A stretch of 64,000 nucleotides of DNA from an uncultured Actinomycetes bacterium. Lineage in GTDB: Bacteria > Actinomycetota > Thermoleophilia > UBA2241. The stretch covers positions 1-64,000 of the forward strand of contig CAVWIH010000028.1 of the NCBI GenBank assembly GCA_963755025.1. The letters run 5' to 3'. The first letter of the stretch is position 1; each line of letters starts with the position of its first letter. Below, one piece after another: positions 35,149 to 44,799 of this stretch. The notes beneath the pieces were generated by a model that ran no database searches, was not told the origin of the DNA, and saw only the letters and a program-made list of their open reading frames with translations. A program made the translations under genes and the position numbers.

Positions 35149-36273
35149 ATGCGCAGACCACAGAGTTCGGGAAGATCGAAGAGGTTATGGTATTTGGCCG
35201 TCATGGCCGTGGCCCTCGTCACGGTCGCGGTCGCGCTCGCGGCGTGCGGCAGCTCGAACAACAACGCTTCGAGCAGCAGCTCGAGCCCGACGGCCGCTTC
35301 GGGCGGCTCGAGCTTCGTCGGCTCGGGCTCCACGTTCGCCCAGCCGCTCTACACGGCCTGGGCACAGACCTATCAGGGCGTCGCGGGCGACAAGCTGAAC
35401 TACCAGGGAGTGGGCTCGACCGCCGGCATCGCCGCGATCGAGGGCAAGACGGTGCAGTTCGGCGCGACCGACGCGCCGCTCACCGAAGCCGACTTGCAGA
35501 CGAACGGGCTGGTGCAGTTCCCCACCGCGGTCGGCGGGACCGTCGTGATCGTGAACGTGAGCGGCGTGACCGACGGCAAGCTCACGCTGAACGGCGCCAC
35601 GCTGGCCGACATCTACCTCGGCAAGATCACCAAGTGGAACGACGCCGCGATCACGGCGCTGAACCCCGGCCTTACCCTGCCCTCGACGCCGATCCACGTG
35701 GTGCACCGCTCCGACGGCTCGGGCACGTCCTGGATCTTCACGAGCTACCTGTCCGCCGTCTCGCCCACCTGGAAGAACCAGGTCGGCGCCAACAAGTCGC
35801 CCAGCTGGCCCACCGGCGCCGGCGCCGCGAAGAGCGCCGGCGTGGCCGCGCTCGTGCACCAGCTCAAGGGCTCGCTCGGCTACGTCGAGTACTCCTACGC
35901 AAAGCTGAACGCCATTCCCACCGCGAAGCTGGTGAACGCCAGCGGCAAGACGCTCGCCCCGACACTCGCGGGCTTCGCCGCGGCCGCCAAGAACGCGACC
36001 TGGAACGCGAGCCAGGGCTTCGCCCAGGCGCTCGTCAACGAACCCGGAGCGACCGCCTGGCCGATCACCGGCGCTACCTACGCGCTCGTGCAGAAAGACC
36101 AGCCCAGCGCCGCGACCGGCAAGACGATCCTCAAGTTCTTCGACTGGGGCTACAAGAGCGGCGCGGCCCAGGCGCAGAGTCTCGACTACGTGCCGATCCC
36201 GGTCGCCGTCTACACGCTGGCCGAGCAGCAGTGGTCGCAGATCACGGCGAGCGGCAGCCCGGTCTGGCCGTGA
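35149..36273 (+). CDS. pstS: Phosphate-binding lipoprotein PstS (operon 2)
   Basis: Lipobox LAAC, GSGSTF, FGATD, HRSDGSGTS, GYVE. Confidence 0.95.
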   Translation: MRRPQSSGRSKRLWYLAVMAVALVTVAVALAACGSSNNNASSSSSSPTAASGGSSFVGSGSTFAQPLYTAWAQTYQGVAGDKLNYQGVGSTAGIAAIEGKTVQFGATDAPLTEADLQTNGLVQFPTAVGGTVVIVNVSGVTDGKLTLNGATLADIYLGKITKWNDAAITALNPGLTLPSTPIHVVHRSDGSGTSWIFTSYLSAVSPTWKNQVGANKSPSWPTGAGAAKSAGVAALVHQLKGSLGYVEYSYAKLNAIPTAKLVNASGKTLAPTLAGFAAAAKNATWNASQGFAQALVNEPGATAWPITGATYALVQKDQPSAATGKTILKFFDWGYKSGAAQAQSLDYVPIPVAVYTLAEQQWSQITASGSPVWP

Positions 36274-36295
36274 GCTGAAAGCGAGGCGACTGCGG

Positions 36296-36341
36296 CGGCG
36301 GGCGGCGGAGCCTGAGGCTCCGCCGCCCGCCGGCCGCTTTT
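36296..36341 (+). terminator. Stem-loop between pstS and pstC (partial terminator or mRNA stabiliser)
   Basis: 17-bp stem cggcgggcggcggagcc/ggctccgccgcccgccg, then gccgctttt. Confidence 0.7.
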
Positions 36342-36369
36342 CGCAAACCAAGATCAGGCGGGGCAAGAG

Positions 36370-37365
36370 ATGAGCACAGCCGAGATTGAGACAGGAACGC
36401 CGCCGGGCGCCGGCGGCGCCGCGACGCACGCTCGCCGCCATTACTTCTCGTGGGGCGACCCGCTCTTTCGCTGGTTCACCGTCGCCTGCGCGGCGGCAGT
36501 GGCCGTCGCCATGTTCGTGCTCATCGGCGTGCTGGTGAAGAACTCGTGGCTCGCCATCCACACGAACGGCGTCAAGCCCCTCACGCACGTCGACTGGGCG
36601 CCCGGTGCCAACCAGTACGGCGCGCTCTCAAGTCTCTTCGGCACGTTTCTGACGACCCTCATCGCCATGATCGTCGCGGTGCCGCTCGCCCTCGCCATCG
36701 CCCTCCTGCTCGTCGAGCTCGTGCACCCCGCCGTGTCGCGCGTGGTGGGCACCGCCATCGAGATGCTCGCCGCCGTGCCCAGCATCATCTTCGGCCTGTG
36801 GGGCTTTCTGGTCATCGCTCCGCTCATGGGCAACCACGTGGAGCCGTGGATCCAGACGACCTGGCTGGGGCACCTGTCGATCTTCTCCGGCACGCCCTTC
36901 GGCGACGACATCCTCACGGCCAGCCTCGTGCTCAGCCTCATGGTCCTGCCCTTCATCACGGCCGTCTCGCGCGACGTGCTCAAGATGGTCCCCAGGGTCA
37001 CCAAAGAGGCCGGCTACGGCATGGGCTCGACCACGTGGGAGGTCACGCGCAAGATCAGCATGCGCTACGCGCTGTCGGGCATCGCCGGCGCTGTGTTCCT
37101 GGGGCTCGGGCGCGCCCTGGGCGAGACCATGGCGGTGGCCCTGATCATCGGCGGTCTCACGACCGGCATCCCGCGCTCGCTGTTCTCCCAGGGCAGCTCG
37201 GTGTCGGCCACGATCGCCCTGAACTTCGGAGAGTCCAGTTCGAAGCTCGAGACGAGCGCCCTCATCGAATTGGCGCTCATCCTGTTCGTGATCACCATGG
37301 TGTTCCAGGCGCTCGCTCAGGCCTGGCTGGCACGCGCACGGCGCATGTCGGGGAGCCGGGCATGA
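36370..37365 (+). CDS. pstC: Phosphate ABC permease PstC (operon 2)
   Basis: EMLAAVPSIIFGLWG, LGLGRALGETMAV. Confidence 0.95.
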   Translation: MSTAEIETGTPPGAGGAATHARRHYFSWGDPLFRWFTVACAAAVAVAMFVLIGVLVKNSWLAIHTNGVKPLTHVDWAPGANQYGALSSLFGTFLTTLIAMIVAVPLALAIALLLVELVHPAVSRVVGTAIEMLAAVPSIIFGLWGFLVIAPLMGNHVEPWIQTTWLGHLSIFSGTPFGDDILTASLVLSLMVLPFITAVSRDVLKMVPRVTKEAGYGMGSTTWEVTRKISMRYALSGIAGAVFLGLGRALGETMAVALIIGGLTTGIPRSLFSQGSSVSATIALNFGESSSKLETSALIELALILFVITMVFQALAQAWLARARRMSGSRA

Positions 37366-38264
37366 GCGCCGTCGTGAACGTCGTACGGCCGCCCATGAGA
37401 CCCCGCCGGGTCGCCGGCCGCCGCCTGATGAACAGCTCGATCACCGTTGGCGCGTGGATAGCGGCGGCGATCGGCATCTTCATGATGGGCTGGATCCTCG
37501 TGACGGTCATCTCGCACGGTATTGGCGCCTGGGACTGGGCCTTCTTCACCAAGCTGCCGCCGCAGGGCCAGTACTCGCCCGGCCACGGCATCGCCAACTG
37601 CATCGTGGGCACCATCCTGATCACGGCCGGCGCGGCCGTCGTCGGCCTGCCGCTCGGCTTCTTCGGCGCGATCTACCTGTCGGAGTTCGGGCGCACCGGG
37701 CGCGTGGCGTCGGCGATCCGCGCCGTCACCAACATCGTGCTGGGCGTGCCGTCGATCATCGCCGGCATGTTCGCCTACGGTCTGATCGTGGTGCCCTTGC
37801 ACCACTACTCGGGGTTCGCGGGGTCGTTCGCGCTCATGTTCATCATGCTCCCGGTCATGACGCGCACGGCCGAGGACATTCTCAACCTGGTGCCCAACGA
37901 GCTGCGCGAGTCGGCCCTCGCCATGGGCGTGCCACGCTGGCGGGCCACCCTCGGCGTGGTCGTCAAGGCGGCGCGCAGCGGCCTGATCACCGGCGGTATC
38001 CTCGCCGTGCTGCGCGTCGCCGGTGAGACCGCGCCGCTGCTCTTCACCGCCCTCAGCAGCCCGTACTGGATGTCGTGGGGCGGCTCGTCGAGCTACTTCG
38101 GCGGGCCGACGGCCAACCTCACCATGTTCATCTGGAACAACGCGGCGGCGCCCGATCCCGGCCTGGTCCGCATGGCGTGGGGCGCGTCGCTGCTGATCAT
38201 CGTCGCCGTTCTCGGCGCCAACATACTCACGCGACTTCTCTTTCAGCGAGGCAAGGAATGGTAG
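37362..38264 (+). CDS. pstA: Phosphate ABC permease PstA (operon 2)
   Basis: [33 protein letters not shown]; ATGA overlap. Confidence 0.94.
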   Translation: MSAVVNVVRPPMRPRRVAGRRLMNSSITVGAWIAAAIGIFMMGWILVTVISHGIGAWDWAFFTKLPPQGQYSPGHGIANCIVGTILITAGAAVVGLPLGFFGAIYLSEFGRTGRVASAIRAVTNIVLGVPSIIAGMFAYGLIVVPLHHYSGFAGSFALMFIMLPVMTRTAEDILNLVPNELRESALAMGVPRWRATLGVVVKAARSGLITGGILAVLRVAGETAPLLFTALSSPYWMSWGGSSSYFGGPTANLTMFIWNNAAAPDPGLVRMAWGASLLIIVAVLGANILTRLLFQRGKEW

Positions 38265-38269
38265 AGCTC

Positions 38270-39130
38270 ATGGACACGACCGAACCCGGTGCGCCGCCGT
38301 CCACCCGGCCGCTGCCCCCTCGGCTCGAGGTGAGCACGCCGGGGGCCGGCCACGAGACGACCGACTTCGACGCGCTGTCGAGCAAACTGTCGGTGCGCGG
38401 TCTCGACTTCTTCTACGGCAAGGAGCAGGCGCTCTTCGACAACCACCTCGAGATCAAGGAGCATCGCGTCACCGCGATCATCGGCCCCTCGGGCTGCGGC
38501 AAATCGACGCACCTGCGGTGCTACAACCGCATCTACGAGCTGTACCGCGACCAGAAGGCGGCCGGCGAGATCATGCTCGACGGCGAGAACATCCTGTCGT
38601 CCGGCACCGACCTGCTCAGCCTGCGCCGGCGCGTCGGCATGATCTTCCAGAAGCCCAGCCCGTTCCCCATGACCGTCTTCGACAACATCGCCTACGGGTT
38701 GCGGATGCACTTCAAGCTCTCCAAGTCAGAGCTCGCCGAGCGCGTCCAGGACGCGCTCAAGCGCGGGGCGCTCTGGGAAGAGGTCAAGAACAAGCTGGAC
38801 GAGCCCGGTCTCGCTCTCTCGGGCGGCCAGCAGCAGCGGCTCTGCATCGCCCGCGCGATCGCCGCCGAGCCCGAGCTCATCCTCATGGACGAGCCCTGCT
38901 CGGCCATCGACCCCGTCGGCACCGCCAAGATCGAGGAGCTCGTCCAGGAGCTCAAGTCCTCGTATACCATCGCGCTCGTCACGCACAACATGCAGCAGGC
39001 GGCGCGCGTGTCCGACTACACAGCCTTCTTTTTCGAGGGCCGTATCATCGAGTTCGGGGCCACCACCCAGATCTTCGAGAATCCGGCCCAGAAGCAGACC
39101 GAGGAGTACATCACCGGCCGGTTCGGCTGA
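38270..39130 (+). CDS. pstB: Phosphate ABC transporter ATPase (operon 2)
   Basis: [29 protein letters not shown]; start at 38270 or 38258. Confidence 0.95.
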   Translation: MDTTEPGAPPSTRPLPPRLEVSTPGAGHETTDFDALSSKLSVRGLDFFYGKEQALFDNHLEIKEHRVTAIIGPSGCGKSTHLRCYNRIYELYRDQKAAGEIMLDGENILSSGTDLLSLRRRVGMIFQKPSPFPMTVFDNIAYGLRMHFKLSKSELAERVQDALKRGALWEEVKNKLDEPGLALSGGQQQRLCIARAIAAEPELILMDEPCSAIDPVGTAKIEELVQELKSSYTIALVTHNMQQAARVSDYTAFFFEGRIIEFGATTQIFENPAQKQTEEYITGRFG

Positions 39131-39141
39131 CAGGGGGACGC

Positions 39142-39855
39142 ATGACGCAGCTGCAACGCGAGATCGGCAACCTGAAGAAGAGCATCCTCACGCTGAGCGC
39201 TCTGGTCGAAGACAACCTGCGGCGCGCCCTGGCCGCCGTCGAGGCGCGCGACGAAGCGCTCGCCACCGAAGCCGTCGAGCGCGACTTCCCGATCGACCTC
39301 ATGGAGGTCGACATCGAGGAGGACTGCCTCAAGGCGCTGGCCCTCTACCAGCCCGTGGCCAGCGACCTGCGCTTCATCGTCACCACGATCAAGATCAACG
39401 CGACCCTCGAGCGCATCGGCGACCTGGCCGCCAACATCGCCGACGTCGCCCGCCAGCTCGCGCACATGGAACAGCCGGTCGTGGCCTTCGACATTCCCGG
39501 CATGGCGGCCAAGGCGCAGCGCATGGTCTCGAGCTCACTCGACGCCCTGGTGCGCTCCGACGGCGAGCTGGCGCGGGCCGTGCTGTTCGCCGACGACGAG
39601 GTCGACGACCTCGACAGCGAGCTCGCCGCGACGCTCACCGCCACCGCCCGCGAGCACCCCGAGTGGCTCGACCCGCTCATCCAGCTCCTGCAGATCTCGC
39701 GCTTCATCGAGCGCATAGCCGACCACGCCACGAGCATCGCCGAAGACGTGATCTACATGGCCGAAGGCGAGATCCCGCGCCATTCGGTGAAGCGCGCAGT
39801 GGCCGAAGCCATGGGGCTGCGCGGCCCGGCGATGCCGCAGCAGGGCGGCCGCTGA
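39142..39855 (+). CDS. phoU: Phosphate signalling protein PhoU (operon 2)
   Basis: YQPVASDLR, LERIGD, DDEVD, ERIADHATSIAEDVIY. Confidence 0.94.
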   Translation: MTQLQREIGNLKKSILTLSALVEDNLRRALAAVEARDEALATEAVERDFPIDLMEVDIEEDCLKALALYQPVASDLRFIVTTIKINATLERIGDLAANIADVARQLAHMEQPVVAFDIPGMAAKAQRMVSSSLDALVRSDGELARAVLFADDEVDDLDSELAATLTATAREHPEWLDPLIQLLQISRFIERIADHATSIAEDVIYMAEGEIPRHSVKRAVAEAMGLRGPAMPQQGGR

Positions 39856-39943
39856 GGCGGCCGGCGCTCGAGCGCCCGGTCTCGGCGGGCTGCGCCCGGC
39901 TCGGGCCTCGAACCCGCGCCGGCACGCCGCGAGGCGTCGGTCG

Positions 39944-41767
39944 CTAGCTCGCGGTGATGACGACCGTCGGGCTTGCGCCGGCCACGAGCTTGCTCGACTT
40001 GGCCGCCAGCACCCGCAGGTCGGTCGTGCCGGCCGCCTTGGGCGTCGTCCACGAGGCCTTGTAGGCGCCGCTGCTGTCGAGGGTGGCCTGCACCGCATCG
40101 CTCCAGGTGGTCGCGGTCGGCGCTTTGGTCTGCAGCCACACGGTCTTGACGGCCGTCGCCGGGGTGACCTTGCCGGTGAACGTGATCGCCGTGTCGACGG
40201 CGACCGATTCGCTCGCCGGCGCGATGGTGACCGCCGGCCTCACCAGGATCGTGACGTGGGTCGAGATGGCGGTGTGCCCCATGGGCGCGGTGAGCGTGGA
40301 GAAGTAGTACTGCGTCGAGGCGGTCGGGGTGACCTTGGCCGAGATGCTGGTGGAGGCCACGCTATAGCCGCCGAGGGTCGCCGAGGCGGCTTTCGCCGTG
40401 GCCCCGCGCGTCGACCAGGAGCCCCCGACCGGGAGCTGGTGGAGCGTCGCGACCTGGCCTGCGCCGAGCGCCGGATAGCGCTTGCCGGTGATCGTGGCGG
40501 CCTTGCCGTAGGTGATGGTGCGGGTGGCGGTCGGTGAGATCGAGAGCGACGTGAAGTAAGCCCAGGCGTCGCGCAGGGCCAGGTCGGAGCGCAGCTGGTA
40601 GCCGTTGATGGTCGCCGTGCCCTTGTCGCCGATCAGCAGGGCCTTGACGACGCGGGGCGAGGTGCCGCGCTTGAGCACGTAGACGGCGCGCAGCGGCCCC
40701 TTGCTGAAACCCAGCGCCGACGCGATCGACGAGGGCGTGCGGCGGATGGGGTTGTCGGGCCAGCTGTGGTACGGCGAGGTCGTGTCGTAGGGGTCGGGCA
40801 CGCCCTTGAGGTAAGGCACGGCCGCGGCGCTGGGCCACACGTTCTCGATGTTCTCGGTGTGGCCGCCTGAGGTGGAGAAGAAGTAGGCCACGATGGGCGT
40901 GCCGCCGTACATGGGCACGACGCCCCTGGTCGCGGACACGGCGGCGTTGCTCGAAGCCGCCTCGCCGTCGGCTCCGTCGTACATCTGGTCGGCCGTCGTG
41001 CAGTAGACGTCGAAGCTGTTCGAGCTGCCCAGCGACCGGTACGCGTAGGAGCGCGCGGCCACGGCCTGGGCCTTGAGGGCCTCGATCGGCCACGACGCCG
41101 GCGACTCGCGCGGCACGACGCCGTACAGGTACGACTCGAGGGGCAGCGTGTTGACGATCTCGAGACCGGCGCTCAGGTGCACGACGCGCAGGCGGCCGCG
41201 GTAGTGACCCACGACGCCGTTGTCGTTGGCGGTGAGCGACTTGAGTTTGGAGGTGACCGGCACGAAGGTGATCGGCACGGCCGGGCTGGCGACGGTCTTG
41301 CCGGCCACGAGCAGGTGGTACTTGCCCCCCGACCAGGTCACCGTGGCCGTCGCCCCGGCCGCGATGGTCTTGGTCGTGGAGCTCCAGGTCGCCTTGTACT
41401 TGGCGGCGTCGGTGACGGCGGCCGACGAAAGGCCGTCGCGCAGCAGGACGCGGATCGTGACGTTGCCCACCTTGCCCTTGGTCACGCCGGTGTAGTAGTG
41501 GGCGATGATGTTCCAGTAGGTCCAGCCGTGCAGGGCGTAGCCCTCGGCGCCGTACTGGCACATGCCGATGCCGTGGCCCCAGCCCCGGCCCTCGATCGTC
41601 ATGGTGGTCGAGCTGGCGGCCCGCGCGCCGGGCGCGAAGGCCAGCGCGGCCACGGAGACCGCGCCGCAGGCCGCCAGCGCGGCGAGGGCGACGAGCGCGC
41701 CGCGCAGGAGCGAGCTCTGCCGCCGTCGGGTGCGGGTCGAGGGGGCTGTCGGGTGGGTGCGGGTCAT
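39944..41767 (-). CDS. SpoIID/LytB-domain lytic transglycosylase-like secreted protein
   Basis: GRGWGHGIGMCQYGA, YLYGVVPRE, EALKAQAVAARSY, YFFSTSGGHTE; C-terminal Ig-like domains. Confidence 0.9.
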   Translation of the reverse strand: MTRTHPTAPSTRTRRRQSSLLRGALVALAALAACGAVSVAALAFAPGARAASSTTMTIEGRGWGHGIGMCQYGAEGYALHGWTYWNIIAHYYTGVTKGKVGNVTIRVLLRDGLSSAAVTDAAKYKATWSSTTKTIAAGATATVTWSGGKYHLLVAGKTVASPAVPITFVPVTSKLKSLTANDNGVVGHYRGRLRVVHLSAGLEIVNTLPLESYLYGVVPRESPASWPIEALKAQAVAARSYAYRSLGSSNSFDVYCTTADQMYDGADGEAASSNAAVSATRGVVPMYGGTPIVAYFFSTSGGHTENIENVWPSAAAVPYLKGVPDPYDTTSPYHSWPDNPIRRTPSSIASALGFSKGPLRAVYVLKRGTSPRVVKALLIGDKGTATINGYQLRSDLALRDAWAYFTSLSISPTATRTITYGKAATITGKRYPALGAGQVATLHQLPVGGSWSTRGATAKAASATLGGYSVASTSISAKVTPTASTQYYFSTLTAPMGHTAISTHVTILVRPAVTIAPASESVAVDTAITFTGKVTPATAVKTVWLQTKAPTATTWSDAVQATLDSSGAYKASWTTPKAAGTTDLRVLAAKSSKLVAGASPTVVITAS

Positions 41768-42059
41768 CGGCTCTGTCGTGGCAGGTGACGTGAGGGATCT
41801 CCCTGATGCTACGACCGCGTGGCCGTTCGGGCAACCGAGCACCCTCGGGCGCCGGTCCTTGAGGGGTGGCGGCTGCCGCCCGCGTCCTCTCTGATTGGCT
41901 GTCGGCAGCAGCTTCCCTTCTGATGACGCTGTGGCGGCGGCGGAACCTAACAGGAGTGTCTTCAGTTTTGGCAACGCTGTCGTCCGAGGGGTTGACGGAC
42001 GCTGCGGCGAATCCTGTAAGGTCTCAAGGCCCTCGGAGTTCGGCCGACACTAGGGAGAC

Positions 42060-43403
42060 ATGGTCACTTGCCCGACACGAGCCGACGGTAGGCCGCGCCG
42101 CGCCACGCGACGACGCCTCGCGCTGAGCGCGCTTCTGGCGGCGCTCTGCGCCGCGGCCGGCGCGCTCTTCGTCGCCCCGGTCGCCTTCGCCAAGACCTAC
42201 TCCGACGTGCCCAAAGTGTACTGGGACCGCGGCGACATCACCTGGGTCACCAACCAGGGTCCCGCCGCCGCGCGGGCGCTCGACGACTACGGCGCCCACT
42301 TCAAGCCCGGCCAGGCGGTCACCCGCGAGCAGTTCGCGCGGGCGCTCGTCGTGATCGGCGGCCTCCAGAACGTGACCGTCGCACCAGTCGCCGTCGCCGA
42401 CGTGCCGGCGTCCGACCCGTACTACCCCTACGTGCAGATCGCGCTGCACTTCAAGCTGATGGCGCAGTCCAAGAAGGGCTTTCTGCCGGCCGCGCCCATG
42501 CTCTCGTGGCAGGTCGACGGCGGCGTCGTGCGCCTGCTGCGGCAACTCAATCCCAAGGCCGACTGGAGCATGCTGGGCGCGCTCAACCCCGCCAAGTGGG
42601 AGCCCAACCCGAACTGGAAGACCGGCGCGCCGTCGTACCTGCCCACCGAGGTCGCGGCCCGCGCCCTGGGGCTGCGGTTCAACCATCCGAGCAAGAGCGA
42701 CGCTCTCGAGGTCTCGCCGCGGCAGGCCATCGACCGCGCCGAGACGGCCGAGATCCTCTACCAGGCGCGGCACTTGTCGTCGTGGGCCATCTCCGAGCTC
42801 GCCGTGTACGACAACGTCACCTTCCCCACCCTGACCGACCGCCAGAAGCAGATCGTGACCTTCGCCTTCAAGTACATCGGTTACCCCTATGTCTGGGGTG
42901 GCGAGTATCCGACTAAGGACTCTCCGTACGGCGCCCAGGCCCACGGCGGCTTCGACTGCTCTGGCTTCGACTGGTGGGTAATGAAGATGCACTTCGGCTA
43001 CACGATCAACGAGCGTGTCGCGGCCGACATGGCGGCCGCCGCCAAGCCGCGCATACCGCTCGCCAAGCTCGTCACCGGCGACCTCATGTTCTTCGGGCCC
43101 AACGGGCCCAAGTCGACCGCCGCCTCCGTCTACCACGCGGCGCTCTACCTGGGCAACGGCTGGTTCATCCAGTCGACGGGCTCGTCCGACGGCGTCAGCA
43201 TCGCCTCGGTCACCGCCGACTCCTACTGGAAGGCTGCCTTTGCCTGGGGTCGCCGGGTGCTCAAGAAGGGCGAGTTCACGCCGGTGCCCGCCACGGCCGG
43301 CCTGCTCGCCGCGGTCGCGCCGGCCGCTTCGCCCGCACCCGTCACAGCCGCGAGCGCCACGTCCGCGGCCACGCCGACGCCGGTCGCCGCGCCGCTGCCG
43401 TGA
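42060..43403 (+). CDS. NlpC/P60 cell-wall peptidase with SLH-like N-terminal repeats
   Basis: YIGYPYVWGG, GFDCSG, GDLMFF, HAALYLG; YSDVP, FKPGQAVTREQFA. Confidence 0.9.
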   Translation: MVTCPTRADGRPRRATRRRLALSALLAALCAAAGALFVAPVAFAKTYSDVPKVYWDRGDITWVTNQGPAAARALDDYGAHFKPGQAVTREQFARALVVIGGLQNVTVAPVAVADVPASDPYYPYVQIALHFKLMAQSKKGFLPAAPMLSWQVDGGVVRLLRQLNPKADWSMLGALNPAKWEPNPNWKTGAPSYLPTEVAARALGLRFNHPSKSDALEVSPRQAIDRAETAEILYQARHLSSWAISELAVYDNVTFPTLTDRQKQIVTFAFKYIGYPYVWGGEYPTKDSPYGAQAHGGFDCSGFDWWVMKMHFGYTINERVAADMAAAAKPRIPLAKLVTGDLMFFGPNGPKSTAASVYHAALYLGNGWFIQSTGSSDGVSIASVTADSYWKAAFAWGRRVLKKGEFTPVPATAGLLAAVAPAASPAPVTAASATSAATPTPVAAPLP

Positions 43404-43801
43404 AAAAGGCGGCCGTGCTGGTCCTGTTCGTCGTAGCCCTGACCGGCGCCGTGCTGGTCGCCGCCGAACGCGCCCGCTCGCTCGACGTCGTCGCCGCCCG
43501 CCCCCCGGCCGGGGTGGTCTCGCTGCCGGCCGTCGTGCGTTCGAACCACGTCATGGTCATGGCTGCGCTCCGCGTCCGCGACAACGGCGTGATCGAGCTG
43601 CGTTTCAGCAACGACGGCGTCACCTGGAGCGGCTGGCAGGGCTTTCCCAGCCCCGCGCCCGGCGGTTCGCTGCTCGTGCCTTGGCGCCTGGCGCGCGGCG
43701 CCGGCGCCAAGACGGTGGTCGTCGAAGCCCGCGACGACGCCGGGCTGGTGGCTACCTTCCGGGCGTCCACCATGCTCGAGCCTTCGGTGGCGACCCGCTA
43801 A
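43400..43801 (+). CDS. Secreted small beta-sandwich hypothetical protein
   Basis: Signal peptide; RFSNDGVTWSGW, GAKTVVVEARD; GTGA overlap. Confidence 0.7.
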   Translation: MKKAAVLVLFVVALTGAVLVAAERARSLDVVAARPPAGVVSLPAVVRSNHVMVMAALRVRDNGVIELRFSNDGVTWSGWQGFPSPAPGGSLLVPWRLARGAGAKTVVVEARDDAGLVATFRASTMLEPSVATR

Positions 43802-44799
43802 GACAGTCCCTGGTACTGACGCTCGTAGTAGCGTCGCCACTCGCCCGACTTGATCTTCTCCCACCACTCGCGGTGCCGCGCGTACCAGGCCACGGTGCGC
43901 GCGAGGCCTGCGGCAAAGTCGACCCGCGGCTCCCAGCCCAGGGCGCGCACCTTGGCGCAGTCGAGGGCGTAGCGGCGGTCGTGACCCGGCCGGTCGGCCA
44001 CGTAGCGCAACAGCTCCTCGCCCAGGCCGAGCTCGGCGAGGATGCCGTGCGTGAGGTCGATGTTGGCCACTTCGTTGCCGCCGCCGACGTTGTAGACCTC
44101 GCCGTCGGCGCCGCTGCGCAGCACCAGGTCGAGCGCCCGGCAGTTGTCGTCGACGTAGATCCAGTCGCGCACGTTGCGACCGTCTCCGTAGACGGGCAAG
44201 GGCAGGCCGTCGAGCGCGTTGGTGATGAACAGCGGCACGATCTTCTCGGGGTACTGCCAGGGGCCGTAGTTGTTGGAGCTGCGCGTCACGACGACCGGCG
44301 TACCGTAGGTGCGCCGGTAGGCCAGCACGATCAGCTCGCCGCCTGCCTTGCTGGCCGAGTAGGGGCTCGAAGGCCGCAGCGCGTCGGTCTCGACCGAGGC
44401 GCCCTCGGCGACGTCGCCGTAGACCTCGTCGGTCGAGATCTGCACGAAGCGCCCGACTCCGCGGGCGCGCACCGCCTCGAGCAGCACGTGCGTGCCGATC
44501 ACGTCGGTGCGGATGAAGTCGTCGGGACCGCTGATGGAGCGGTCGACGTGGGTCTCGGCCGCGAAGTTGACGATCGCGTCGGCGCCAGCCGCGACCCGGT
44601 CGACGGCCGCCGGGTCGCAGATGTCGCCCTTGACGAACGTGTAGCGCGGATCGCCGGCCACGTCGCGCAGGTTGTCGAGGTTGCCGGCGTAGGTGAGCTT
44701 GTCGAGCACGACGACCTCGTCGGCCGAGTGCTCGGCCAGCAGGTGGCGCACGAAGTTGGAGCCGATAAAGCCGGCGCCGCCGGTGACCACGATCCTCAT
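43798..44799 (-). CDS. rmlB: dTDP-glucose 4,6-dehydratase
   Basis: TGGAGFIGSNF, DKLTYAGN, AAETHVDRS, STDEVYG, YSASK, DRPGHDRRY. Confidence 0.96.
   Translation of the reverse strand: MRIVVTGGAGFIGSNFVRHLLAEHSADEVVVLDKLTYAGNLDNLRDVAGDPRYTFVKGDICDPAAVDRVAAGADAIVNFAAETHVDRSISGPDDFIRTDVIGTHVLLEAVRARGVGRFVQISTDEVYGDVAEGASVETDALRPSSPYSASKAGGELIVLAYRRTYGTPVVVTRSSNNYGPWQYPEKIVPLFITNALDGLPLPVYGDGRNVRDWIYVDDNCRALDLVLRSGADGEVYNVGGGNEVANIDLTHGILAELGLGEELLRYVADRPGHDRRYALDCAKVRALGWEPRVDFAAGLARTVAWYARHREWWEKIKSGEWRRYYERQYQGLS

Noticed and set aside
41990-42050. c-di-AMP (ydaO) riboswitch before the NlpC/P60 gene
   Set aside because: Only gcgaatcc resembles the 5' motif; the GGGGAACC and GTCAGCTAAC elements are absent and there is too little room
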